Assembly: GCA_003133645.1 (NCBI GenBank)
Contig: PKYI01000159.1
Coordinates: 11,381-75,380, forward strand
From: Acidobacteriota bacterium
Lineage (GTDB): Bacteria > Acidobacteriota > Thermoanaerobaculia > Thermoanaerobaculales > Thermoanaerobaculaceae
DNA length: 64,000 nt
Reading direction: 5' to 3'
Shown here in pieces: positions 8,748 to 16,719 of this stretch (position 1 is the first letter of the stretch; each line of letters begins with the position of its first letter). The position numbers and the translations under genes are program-made. The notes under the pieces are model-generated. The model did not search any database, was not told the DNA's origin, and saw only the letters and a list, made by a program, of their open reading frames with translations.

Positions 8748-9743
8748 TCAATGGCCCGGCCGGCGATCGGCCGGAGGCTCGATGCCACGATGTTGGCGGA
8801 CGTTCCACGCCTTCCACAACAATCCCGGCTGGACCTGCACGATCTGTTGCAGCCGCCCTTCGTCGGTGAGAAGCTCCCCGGCGATCTCGCCCCGTTCGTT
8901 GAGCCGGGTCAAGAACTCGACCTCGTTGTCCCGGAGCGGCAGCAACGCCGCGGCGAGCTCCCGGCACTCGTCCGCAAGCTGTCGGCTCCAGACGGCGACC
9001 TCATGGCGCCTCGGCGCTAGGTCGTTCCGGAGGACCGGGACGAGCAAGCGATCGACTTCGTCGGGATCGGCCTGGATCGCATCGAGCGAGATGCCGCGCC
9101 AGTCCCTGCGACTGACGCCGCCGTAGACCACGAACGCCGTGCGCAAGCTGATCGGATCGAGGTCGGCCTCGCGCAGGAGCGCCCGGGCGTCGAAAAGGTC
9201 GCGGCCGGCCGCACGGTCGAACAAGGCGGCAAGTTTGCCAGCTGCCAGCTCGTTAATGTCGAGCACGGGGACCGACGTCGCCCTGACGCCACCAATTTCG
9301 CGCGAGTCCGCGAGGACGGGTGGCCATAATGGGATCCGCAACAGGAAGTTCACGTCGAGTTCGAGTGTTCCTCTGCGTCCCGTGACGCTCGTGTAGCTCA
9401 AGCGCCACTTGCCGCCGGCGTGGTCCGACGGCACGCGGCGCACCTCCAGTCCGAGCCGCCCGCAGACAGCCTGGATGGCCTGCTCGACCTTGGGCCGCTC
9501 GGCGAGCATTGTCTCCCGGTCCGCGGCGCCGATGTAATTGAGGTCGAGGTCGACCGACAGCCGCGGCAGGTCGAAAACGAAAAGGTTGAGCGCCGTTCCG
9601 CCCTTGAGAACGAGGCGGCGCGCAAGAAACGGGTGACGACGAAGCGCCTCGGCCAGCTCGAGCAGCCGAATCACCTTCTCCAGCGGTTCGGCCCCGAAAC
9701 CGGTGGCTGCCGCCTCATGGAGAAGGGCTCGTTGATCGAGCAT
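8748..9743 (-). CDS. abiEii: AbiEii/AbiGii-family nucleotidyltransferase toxin (type IV TA)
   Basis: LVLKGGTALNLFVFDLPRLSVDLDLNYIG is the DUF1814/AbiEii signature. The internal ATG at 9743 (MLDQRALL) overlaps the stop of the upstream antitoxin gene (GTGATG junction). Confidence 0.8.
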   Translation of the reverse strand: MLDQRALLHEAAATGFGAEPLEKVIRLLELAEALRRHPFLARRLVLKGGTALNLFVFDLPRLSVDLDLNYIGAADRETMLAERPKVEQAIQAVCGRLGLEVRRVPSDHAGGKWRLSYTSVTGRRGTLELDVNFLLRIPLWPPVLADSREIGGVRATSVPVLDINELAAGKLAALFDRAAGRDLFDARALLREADLDPISLRTAFVVYGGVSRRDWRGISLDAIQADPDEVDRLLVPVLRNDLAPRRHEVAVWSRQLADECRELAAALLPLRDNEVEFLTRLNERGEIAGELLTDEGRLQQIVQVQPGLLWKAWNVRQHRGIEPPADRRPGH

Positions 9744-10603
9744 CACTCCGGTTCCTCCCAGCGGCGCTCCTCGACCTTTTCGGGCACGATGAGGTTCCAA
9801 TCCGCAACGAGCCGCCCTCGCGTGCGAACACTGTCGAGATACCGGGGTTGCCGCGGCGCTAGCGCGCGCAGCGGCTCCAGGTGTCTCTCCTCGACCATCA
9901 GCGCCTCGCGGTGCTGATCAAGGAAGTAACCGACGCGCGCCGCGGTCAGTGCGGAGGACAAAGCACGTACGTGCTCGGTCACCTCACTGAGATCGAAGTA
10001 CTCCACCATCTCGAGCGACCGCCAGACTTCCTCCCACCCTCCGCTGCGCTCCGGCGCTCCGAGCACGTCCACCATGGTCCGCTCGAGGGTCGTGACGCGC
10101 GCCTCCCCGCCGGCGTGGCGGAGCGTCACGACACCGCCACCGAAGTCACGCTGGTGGCGAACGGAGGCGGGAGCCTGCACGGGTACGAACTCCTCGCCGC
10201 GAAACGTGAACGGCCGGGTGCGCTTGTTCGTGAGGTAATGGACGCGGCGCCACACCGAGTACGTCTTGCCGTGAAACTGGAGCGCCGCGTGGAACGCCAC
10301 GACCGCATCCGGGGTCAAGCGCGAGGCAACCAGGTAGGGATCGACCTGGGCGACCGCGGCGCTGACGCCCCGCGGCACCGTGGCATAGAGTCCCTTCCTG
10401 ATGCGCAGCAGGCGACCCGTCGCGATGTGCTTCGCAAGCAGGTTGTTGCTCGTCGTCGGGCTGCGCCCGAGACCGGTGTGCGCGGCCACGAACTCTTCGT
10501 GCCGGAACACGGGGTTGGACTCGAAGAAGTCGACGGCTCGCCTCACTTGCTCCTCCACGCAGATGTCATCACTTAAGGTAGTGACTCCTGCGCGCAATGG
10601 CAA
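9743..10603 (-). CDS. abiEi: AbiEi-family antitoxin / transcriptional regulator (type IV TA)
   Basis: N-terminal motif LLAKHIATGRLLRIRKGLYATVP is typical of the AbiEi_4 winged-helix domain. It sits immediately upstream of, and overlaps, abiEii. The track start is TTG; the true start may be a downstream GTG (VEEQV). Confidence 0.7.
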   Translation of the reverse strand: MPLRAGVTTLSDDICVEEQVRRAVDFFESNPVFRHEEFVAAHTGLGRSPTTSNNLLAKHIATGRLLRIRKGLYATVPRGVSAAVAQVDPYLVASRLTPDAVVAFHAALQFHGKTYSVWRRVHYLTNKRTRPFTFRGEEFVPVQAPASVRHQRDFGGGVVTLRHAGGEARVTTLERTMVDVLGAPERSGGWEEVWRSLEMVEYFDLSEVTEHVRALSSALTAARVGYFLDQHREALMVEERHLEPLRALAPRQPRYLDSVRTRGRLVADWNLIVPEKVEERRWEEPE

Positions 10604-10746
10604 GTCCGGCCGTTCGAGACGCCATCATTCCCCTCCCAGTTCAGCGGCTCTCGGGAGCTTGATGGACCCCAGAATCCACCGCCTGGATTGGGTGAGGGGG
10701 CTGGAGGGGGCGGACGCGGGGGTTGCGAATGTGGGTAGACACGACT

Positions 10747-10768
10747 CGGGCCACCCTCGGGTGGCCCG
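10747..10768 (-). terminator. Hairpin downstream of tRNA-Ala (possible terminator/processing stem)
   Basis: CGGGCCACCC-TC-GGGTGGCCCG lies 18 nt past the tRNA 3' end. The T-tract is weak. Confidence 0.35.
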
Positions 10769-10786
10769 CACGTGCTTGATTCGATT

Positions 10787-10862
<76 letters not shown>

Positions 10863-10877
10863 ACCCGTTGGACGGGA

Positions 10878-10906
10878 AGTCTAGCATGGGCCTGGTACAT
10901 CGTAAA
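10878..10906 (-). promoter_or_regulatory. Sigma70-type promoter candidate for tRNA-Ala
   Basis: Minus strand TTTACG-N17-TAGACT, with the -10 ending 15 nt upstream of tRNA position 1. Confidence 0.4.
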
Positions 10907-10933
10907 GCCGTCGCCCGGCCCCGCCAGGCGTCT

Positions 10934-11860
10934 TCAGAAGAACAACTCGATCCGGGACGAGGTCGACGTGATGAAGACCTTCGGCCCCTTGCCCGACAGG
11001 TCGAGCCGCGGCGTCTTCGGGCCGCTCACGCCCGGGAACGAGGAGCGGATCTCGCCCCTGGCGGTGATCAGCTCGCCGCCGGGCTCGGTCCCGGGGGGGA
11101 GGGCGACGCGCACCCGGCCCGAGGAGGTGGTGATGCGTACCTCGTCGCCCGGCGCCAGCGCGTCGAACCGGGCGACGATGTTGCCCGACGTGGTCGCGAT
11201 CCCGACCGGTCCCAGCAGGCCCGAGAAGTGGATATCGCCGCTCGAGGTGTCGCAGCGCACGCTGCGAGCCCCGCCGGAGAGTTCGACCGAGCCGCTGGCG
11301 GAGCGCACCATCAGCTTCTCGATGGCGCGGCTGGCGCGCAGCACGATATCGCCCGAGGTTGACCTCGCCTCGATCTCCGGCGCCCACCCGGCCAGCTCGC
11401 TGTCGCCGCCTGCGGTGCGCAGGCGGAGCGGCCGTACGTCGGGGAACTCGCCCTCCACGCGCAGCGAGCCCGACGAGGTGGAGAGGTCGGGACGGAGGTT
11501 GGGCGGCAGGGTGAGCTCGATGCGGGCCCGGGTCACCAGCACGCCCTTGAGCAGGCTGAGCCCGCCGGGGTCCGGGGCGGTGATCCGCAGCTCCCCCTCG
11601 CGGTCTTCGATCGTGGGGCGGTGCGCCGCAAGCCACGCCGCGGCCTTGGCCTCGCTGAGGGCGTCCACCACCATATCCACCTTGAGCCGGATCTCCGTGA
11701 TGTCCGAGGCGCGCACCACGAGGTCGAGCGGGCCGGCGTCGACGAGCACGACCTTTCCGGCCGGGGCGGGGTAGGACTTCTCGATCACCTCGTGCTTCTC
11801 CGCGGCCGTCGCCGTGGAGGCCAGCAACACCAGCACTGCTCCGATCACCGGAATCCTCAT
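10934..11860 (-). CDS. DUF4097-family beta-strand repeat protein (putative adhesin-like), secreted
   Basis: Signal peptide MRIPVIGAVLVLLASTATAA. Repeated SGDI/SGSV/SGNI strands (TSGDIVLRAS, ASGSVELSGG, SSGDIHFSG, TSGNIVARF, SSGRVRVAL). SD GGAGGGAACG lies before the ATG. Confidence 0.75.
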   Translation of the reverse strand: MRIPVIGAVLVLLASTATAAEKHEVIEKSYPAPAGKVVLVDAGPLDLVVRASDITEIRLKVDMVVDALSEAKAAAWLAAHRPTIEDREGELRITAPDPGGLSLLKGVLVTRARIELTLPPNLRPDLSTSSGSLRVEGEFPDVRPLRLRTAGGDSELAGWAPEIEARSTSGDIVLRASRAIEKLMVRSASGSVELSGGARSVRCDTSSGDIHFSGLLGPVGIATTSGNIVARFDALAPGDEVRITTSSGRVRVALPPGTEPGGELITARGEIRSSFPGVSGPKTPRLDLSGKGPKVFITSTSSRIELFF

Positions 11861-11947
11861 CGTTCCCTCCAGCGTGCATCGGCATCGTAGGATTTCCGGC
11901 TCGCTGCCGCAAGGCCGCTGTGTGACCGGCGTCTCGTGCCGGCCACC

Positions 11948-11976
11948 TTGACAGCTCGCCAGCCCCAGGCTACCTT
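11948..11976 (+). promoter_or_regulatory. Sigma70-type promoter candidate for tRNA-Gly
   Basis: TTGACA-N17-TACCTT, with the -10 ending 22 nt upstream of the tRNA 5' end. Confidence 0.4.
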
Positions 11977-11998
11977 CCTCGTGCCCATCCGGGCGTGA

Positions 11999-12074
11999 GC
12001 GGGCATAACTCAGCTGGTAGAGTGTCAGCTTCCCAAGCTGAAAGTCGCGGGTTCAAATCCCGTTGCCCGCTCCA
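11999..12074 (+). tRNA. tRNA-Gly (anticodon CCC), CCA encoded
   Basis: GCGGGCATAACTCAGCTGGTAGAGTGTCAGCTTCCCAAGCTGAAAGTCGCGGGTTCAAATCCCGTTGCCCGCTCCA. Anticodon loop TTCCCAA, U73 discriminator, full cloverleaf. Confidence 0.95.
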
Positions 12075-12098
12075 TCTCCCCGGAGCAGGGAGGCTCCC

Positions 12099-12488
12099 GT
12101 GGCGAAGGACGCGGACACCAGGCTCGATGCGCGGCAGACGGCTGCGACCGTGGTGGGTCGGCAGAACCGCTTCGAAGGCTCCCTCACCGGCGCCGGAGCG
12201 GTGCGGATCGAGGGCGCCCTCAAAGGGAGCGTGACGATCGAGGCCGCGTGCGAGGTGACTGAGAGCGCCTCCGTCGAGGCCGACCTGCACGGCACCGTGG
12301 TCCGGGTGGCCGGGACCGTGACCGGCAACGTGAGCGCGACCAAGCTGGTCGAGCTCATGGCGACCGCCGTCGTGAAGGGTGACGTGAGCGGTCCCGCGCT
12401 CCACGTCGTCGAGGGTGCCAGACTCGAGGGCCGGGTCGAGATGCGGGCGCCGGACAGTGCCGCGCCGGGAGCCCCCAGGCGCCGCTGA
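12099..12488 (+). CDS. Bactofilin-family polymer-forming cytoskeletal protein
   Basis: Beta-helix repeats FEGSLTGAGAVRIEGALKGSVTIEAACEVTESASVEADLHGTVVRVAGTVTGNVSATKLVELMATAVVKGDVSGPALHVVEGARLEGRVEM. GTG at 12099 is preceded by GGGAGG. The track ORF start (12063) overlaps the tRNA and is rejected. Confidence 0.8.
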   Translation: MAKDADTRLDARQTAATVVGRQNRFEGSLTGAGAVRIEGALKGSVTIEAACEVTESASVEADLHGTVVRVAGTVTGNVSATKLVELMATAVVKGDVSGPALHVVEGARLEGRVEMRAPDSAAPGAPRRR

Positions 12489-12551
12489 AGCGGCTGTCCC
12501 TCCGGGGTTTGACGGTCGGTGTATACTTCGATTCAGGAGAGTGCGCCGACC

Positions 12552-12842
12552 GTGAGCAGCCAAACGACGGTTGAGATTTTCGGACGCCGGTTCGAGCTGC
12601 GCGCCACGGAGGGGAGCGAGCGGGTGCAAGAACTCGCCCGCTTCGTGGACCGGCGAATGCGCGAGCTGGCTGAGGTATCGCCGCACGTGGACACGTCCAA
12701 GCTCGCGGTGCTGACGGCGCTGAACATCGCGGACGAGCTGTTCAAGGAACAAGAGACGGAACCTGGGATTCGAGCCGAACAGATTCGACAACGGGTGGAA
12801 GGGTTGATTCAACGGTTGGACGAGGTTCTCACGCCCTCCTGA
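12552..12842 (+). CDS. zapA: Cell division protein ZapA
   Basis: VEIFGRRFELRATEGSERVQELARFVDRRMRELAEV...KLAVLTALNIADELF matches the ZapA fold signature. GTG at 12552 lies 11 nt after AGGAGA. Confidence 0.8.
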   Translation: MSSQTTVEIFGRRFELRATEGSERVQELARFVDRRMRELAEVSPHVDTSKLAVLTALNIADELFKEQETEPGIRAEQIRQRVEGLIQRLDEVLTPS

Positions 12843-12864
12843 TGGAGGGCCGCGGAAAACTTGA

Positions 12865-13050
12865 GAAAGGGGCCCCTGCGCGGTTGGTGATGAGCAAAAC
12901 TATTCTTGAACCAACACCTATTTGATGGGTTCCAAGTCCCGTCCCCCCGAGCAGCCTCACGGCAAGCTAACGGAGGACGGGCAGGATCCTTACCTGTGGT
13001 TTACAGGTTCAAATGGGTTTGCTCACACGGCCGAGGCGGGGGCCCTGTAA
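12865..13050 (+). ncRNA. ssrS: 6S RNA candidate (ends approximate)
   Basis: A 268-nt non-coding gap follows zapA directly, the same adjacency as E. coli zapA-ssrS. Long closing stem: 5' GGGGCCCCUGCGCGG...GAGCAAA (12869-12899) pairs with UUUGCUC...CCGAGGCGGGGGCCC (13018-13045). Internal stem CCCGUCC/GGACGGG. A 3'-side bubble hairpin ACCUGU-GGUU-UACAGGU is present. The words GCGGUUGGUGA, UUGAACCAA and GGUUCAA also occur in E. coli 6S RNA. Confidence 0.65.
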
Positions 13051-13110
13051 CCCTCCTCCTTCCACCCCCTTGCGCGGATCCGCGCCCAGGTTCATTGAAA
13101 GGGGGGCTTC

Positions 13111-14682
13111 ATGACCGCGATTGTCATCGTTGCTGATGCGGTTGTCATTGTACTAGCGGCACTTGCAGCCATTTGGTTCGTGAGTCGGAGGGCCAGAGCG
13201 CGGTTCGAGCAGACGCAGCTCGACGCCGAGCAGGAGGCCCGCCGGATGCTGGCCGCCGCACAGCAGGAGGCCGAGCAGCGGCTCCGTGACGCCGGCGTCG
13301 AGGCACGGGAGAGGCTCCTCACCGCCCGCTCCGAGTTCGAGCGCGAAACCCATGAGTACCGGCAGGAGCTGCTGGGGAACGAGCGCCGCCTGGACCAGCG
13401 CGAGGGCGCGCTCGACGAGCGGGCGCGGGCTCTCGACGCTCAGGAGAAGGAACTCGAGAGCCGGAAGCGCCAGATCGAGGAGCGGGAGAGCGTCGTCGCG
13501 ATGCAGGAGGACGCCCTGGCGGCGGCCTCGGCCGAGCAGCGGGCGCAGCTCGAGCGGATCGCGAGCCTCACCTCGGATCAGGCGAAGACAGAGCTGATGC
13601 GGAGGATGGAGAACGAGGCGCGCATCGACGCCGCCAAGATCGTCCGCCGCATCGAGGAAGAGGCGACCCAGGAGGGCAACACCCGGGCGCGCCGCCTGAT
13701 CTCCATGGCCATCCAGAGGATTGCGGCCGAGCACGTGGTCGAGAGTACCGTCTCGGTGGTGGACCTCCCCAACGACGAGATGAAGGGGCGGATCATCGGC
13801 CGCGAGGGGCGCAACATCCGGGCGCTCGAGACCGCAACCGGCGTGGACCTGATCGTCGACGACACGCCCGGCGCCGTGCTGCTGTCCTGCTTCGACCCGG
13901 TCCGCCGCGAGGTTGCGCGCCTTGCGCTCGCCCGCCTCATGCTGGACGGGCGCATCCATCCCGGGCGCATCGAGGAGGTCGTCGGCAAGGTCCAGACAGA
14001 GCTGGACGAAAAGATCTTCCGTGACGGCGAGGCGGCCGCGATCGAGCTCGGCCAGCCGGATTTCCACCCCGAGATCCTGCGGTTGCTTGGGCGCCTGCAG
14101 TTCCGGACCTCGTACGGCCAGAACGTGCTCTCTCACTCGAAGGAAGTCGCGTGGCTCGCGGGGCACATGGCCACCGAGCTCGGCGTCAACGTCCGCATCG
14201 CCAAGAGGGCGGGACTCGTCCACGACATCGGCAAGGCGGTGGACCGCGAGATGGAAGGGACGCACCTCACCATCGGCCGCGATCTCCTGAAGAAATACGG
14301 CGAGTCCGACGAGGTGATCCACGCGATGGAGTGCCACCACGGCGACGTCGACCCGCGCTCCGTCGAGGCGGTGCTCGTCACGGCGGCCGACGCGCTCTCG
14401 GCGGCGCGGCCCGGGGCCCGGCGCGAAATCCTCGAGAGCTACCTCAAGCGGCTGGAGAAGCTCGAGGGGATCGCCAACGAGTTCAAGGGCGTGCAGAAGG
14501 CGTTCGCGATCCAGGCCGGCCGCGAGCTGCGCATCATCGTCGAGTCCGAGAAGCTCTCGGACGAGGACGCCGTGTGGCTCTCGCGCGACATCGCCAAGAA
14601 GATCGAGGGGGAGCTGACGTACCCCGGGCAGATCAAGGTGACGGTCATTCGGGAGACCCGCGCCGTCGAATTCGCCCGCTAG
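13111..14682 (+). CDS. rny: Ribonuclease Y
   Basis: N-terminal TM helix plus coiled coil. KH domain ([28 protein letters not shown]). HD domain ([16 protein letters not shown]...GLVHDIGKA). Length 523 aa. Confidence 0.95.
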   Translation: MTAIVIVADAVVIVLAALAAIWFVSRRARARFEQTQLDAEQEARRMLAAAQQEAEQRLRDAGVEARERLLTARSEFERETHEYRQELLGNERRLDQREGALDERARALDAQEKELESRKRQIEERESVVAMQEDALAAASAEQRAQLERIASLTSDQAKTELMRRMENEARIDAAKIVRRIEEEATQEGNTRARRLISMAIQRIAAEHVVESTVSVVDLPNDEMKGRIIGREGRNIRALETATGVDLIVDDTPGAVLLSCFDPVRREVARLALARLMLDGRIHPGRIEEVVGKVQTELDEKIFRDGEAAAIELGQPDFHPEILRLLGRLQFRTSYGQNVLSHSKEVAWLAGHMATELGVNVRIAKRAGLVHDIGKAVDREMEGTHLTIGRDLLKKYGESDEVIHAMECHHGDVDPRSVEAVLVTAADALSAARPGARREILESYLKRLEKLEGIANEFKGVQKAFAIQAGRELRIIVESEKLSDEDAVWLSRDIAKKIEGELTYPGQIKVTVIRETRAVEFAR

Positions 14683-14683
14683 G

Positions 14684-14967
14684 GGCGCCGCCGATAGCGG
14701 ACCATCTGCTGCGTTGCCCTTCGGCGGCTCGCATGCTCACGTAGCCTGCGGCTACGCTCCGCTGCGGCCGCCTCGGGCGCCTTGCAGCTGGCCCACTCTC
14801 GGCGGCGCGGCTACACGCCGCAAGCTGGGATGCCCTGCCTGTCGGGGTCGTTGGTCCCAATGTGGGGCGCGCCCGCCGGGCGCGCTTCTTCGTCTTCGAG
14901 GGAGGGGCTCGGGGCTGCGCGGCCTGCGGCCGGCGCGGCCGGCTCTGACCACGGACCACTGACCACG
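14684..14967. repeat. Composite dispersed repeat element, copy B
   Basis: GGCGCCGCCGATAGCGGACCATCTGCTGCGTTGCCC...CAGCTGGCCCACTCTCGGCGGCGCGGCTACACGCCGCAAG aligns with 4288..4448. The tail GCGCGGCCTGCGGCCGGCGCGGCCGGCTCTGACC is followed by (GACCACN)x3 at 14947-14967. Confidence 0.8.
14867..14897 (+). terminator. GC hairpin plus T-rich run inside repeat copy B (candidate rny terminator)
   Basis: GCGCGCCCG-C-CGGGCGCGC followed by TTCTTCGTCTTC. Confidence 0.45.
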
Positions 14968-14993
14968 TCTTTGCTGCGCCCTGCCTCTCCGCA

Positions 14994-15022
14994 TTGACGC
15001 TTGGCGTCTAACACGGTATTCT
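14994..15022 (+). promoter_or_regulatory. Promoter candidate with embedded palindromic operator upstream of the TetR gene
   Basis: TTGACG-N17-TATTCT. The perfect inverted repeat GACGC-TTG-GCGTC (14996-15008) overlaps the -35/spacer. The ATG lies 25 nt downstream of the -10. Confidence 0.5.
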
Positions 15023-15046
15023 CAAAACCGAACGGATGATCGGTGA

Positions 15047-15667
15047 ATGAACCAGGCGGAAAAGTCTCAACGGTCACGCGAGCGCATCCTGGAAGCGGCG
15101 CTGCAGCTCTTTTCGAGCCAGGGGTACCGGGCGACGAGCGTGCGCGAGATCGCGGCCGAGGCGGGGGTTTCGACCGGCAACGTCTACCACCACTTCCCGG
15201 ACAAGGAGACGATCTACCTGACCCTGCTGAATCAGTACTGGGAGGCGATCGGCGACCCCGAGCTGCCGTTCAACCGCGCCCTGGCGACCGGGACGTTCCC
15301 CGACAACCTCGAGGAGGTCGGCTACGCCTCACGCGAACTGGTGCGGGTGTACCGGCGTCACGTCGCGCTGATCTACGTCGACGTCGTCGAGTTTGAGGGC
15401 AGTCACATCCGCAAGTTCTACGCCGAGATGGCACAGCGCTACGCCAACTTCATCGCGACGCACGGCGGCGTCAAGGTGTTGGCGGCGCACCTGCGCCCGG
15501 GGATCTCGCCGGTGTCCGCGGCGATGTTTGCGACCCGGTTCTACATTAACTATTTTGCCGTCGAGATCCTGTTCGGCGTGCCGAACCACTTCGGCAAGGA
15601 CAGCGAGGCGGTGATCCGGGAAACCGCGGACATCCTCCGCCACGGCATGTTGCGCCAGGGTGAGTGA
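15047..15667 (+). CDS. TetR/AcrR-family transcriptional regulator
   Basis: N-terminal HTH RILEAALQLFSSQGYRATSVREIAAEAGVSTGNVYHHFPDKETIY. Confidence 0.9.
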   Translation: MNQAEKSQRSRERILEAALQLFSSQGYRATSVREIAAEAGVSTGNVYHHFPDKETIYLTLLNQYWEAIGDPELPFNRALATGTFPDNLEEVGYASRELVRVYRRHVALIYVDVVEFEGSHIRKFYAEMAQRYANFIATHGGVKVLAAHLRPGISPVSAAMFATRFYINYFAVEILFGVPNHFGKDSEAVIRETADILRHGMLRQGE

Positions 15668-15780
15668 GCACCTCCCCGGCTGCGATCGCCGCCTGAAACC
15701 AGCCTGCTATCCTGGCCGTACACGCTGCAACGACCGGCGCCTTCGCGGGCCGTGCCGCAGTTCCTCTGGGGAGGCGATGC

Positions 15781-16719
15781 GTGAGTGCTGACGCCGTTCT
15801 CTGGGTGCGAGAGGTGACCAAGACCTTCGGCCAGGTCCGCGCGGTGGACCGACTGTCGTTCGCGGTCGCGCGCGGCACGATCACGGGCCTGCTCGGCCGC
15901 AACGGTGCGGGGAAGACGACGACGCTGCGCATGATCAACGGGATCTTCCTGCCCGACGCCGGGGTCATCGAGCTGTTGGGCGCCGCGGACGCGGCCGCCG
16001 TACGCGACCGGATCGGCTACCTCCCAGAGGAGCGCGGCCTGTACCGCAAGATGCGTGTCTTGGACCAACTCCTGTTCCTGGCGGAGATCAAGGGGCAGCG
16101 GCCCGCCATCGTCAGGGCGCGCGCCGAGGCGTGGCTCAAGCGCTTCGACCTCTGGGACAAGCGCGCCGGCAAGCTCGAGGAGCTCTCCAAGGGAAACCAG
16201 CAGAAGGTGCAGCTCATCGGCGCGCTCCTCCACGACCCGGACCTCGTGATCCTCGACGAGCCGATGTCCGGGCTCGATCCGATCAACGTCGTCCTCGTGC
16301 GCACGATCCTGAAGGAGCTGAAGGCCGAAGGGCGGACGATCCTGCTCTCGACGCACATGATGGGTGAGGCCGAGAAGCTCGTGGACGAGATCGTCCTCAT
16401 CCACGAGGGCAGGGCGGTGCTGGCGGGCGAGCTGGAGCAGGTGCGAGCCTCGTTCGGGTCCAACACGGTGCACCTGGTGTTCGAGGGGGACGGCGCCTTC
16501 CTGGCCGGCCTCCCCGGCGTCGCCGCCGCGCGGGTGGACACCAACGCCGCCGAGCTGCGCCTCGCTCCCGGCGCCGACGCGCAGGCGGTCTTGACGGCCG
16601 CGGTCGCAAAGGTCCGGATCAGCCGGTTCGAGATCGCCGCGCCTTCGCTGGAGGAGATCTTCATCGACCGCGTCGGCGCCGGCGCGCTCGAACGCCGGCC
16701 GGCGGAGGTGGCGGTATGA
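15781..16719 (+). CDS. ABC transporter ATP-binding protein (ABC-2/NatA-like)
   Basis: Walker A GRNGAGKTT, signature LSKGNQQK, Walker B LVILDEP. GTG start lies 8 nt after GGGGAGG. Confidence 0.9.
   Translation: MSADAVLWVREVTKTFGQVRAVDRLSFAVARGTITGLLGRNGAGKTTTLRMINGIFLPDAGVIELLGAADAAAVRDRIGYLPEERGLYRKMRVLDQLLFLAEIKGQRPAIVRARAEAWLKRFDLWDKRAGKLEELSKGNQQKVQLIGALLHDPDLVILDEPMSGLDPINVVLVRTILKELKAEGRTILLSTHMMGEAEKLVDEIVLIHEGRAVLAGELEQVRASFGSNTVHLVFEGDGAFLAGLPGVAAARVDTNAAELRLAPGADAQAVLTAAVAKVRISRFEIAAPSLEEIFIDRVGAGALERRPAEVAV

Noticed and set aside
8375-8750. Searched for a direct repeat of the tRNA-Ala 3' end (att site) bounding the AbiE islet
   Set aside because: Only a weak resemblance was found (GGAGACGCGGAGGGTTGAGCCGTCGAG versus TGGAGCCGAGGAGGTTCGAACTCC), which is not convincing. 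No integrase is present, so the islet is reported only as a hypothesis.
8458-9126. 222-aa plus-strand ORF and the 163-aa minus-strand ORF (8239-8730) in the gap next to abiEii
   Set aside because: Neither has a recognisable motif. Both run antisense into well-supported genes, and neither has a ribosome-binding site. The 8375-8747 stretch is treated as non-coding.
10565-10585. Imperfect palindrome GTCATCAC-TTAA-GGTAGTGAC as an AbiEi operator
   Set aside because: The arms match at only about 6 of 8 positions, and the sequence lies inside the longest possible abiEi ORF. The evidence is too weak to annotate.
12063-12098. Track start of the bactofilin ORF overlapping tRNA-Gly
   Set aside because: The first 12 codons lie inside the tRNA. 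GTG at 12099 with an upstream GGGAGG is the plausible start.
13072-13085. Palindrome GCGCGGATCCGCGC after the 6S candidate as a terminator
   Set aside because: It is a loop-less perfect palindrome with no T-tract. It could be a processing or structural element, but it cannot be called from sequence alone.
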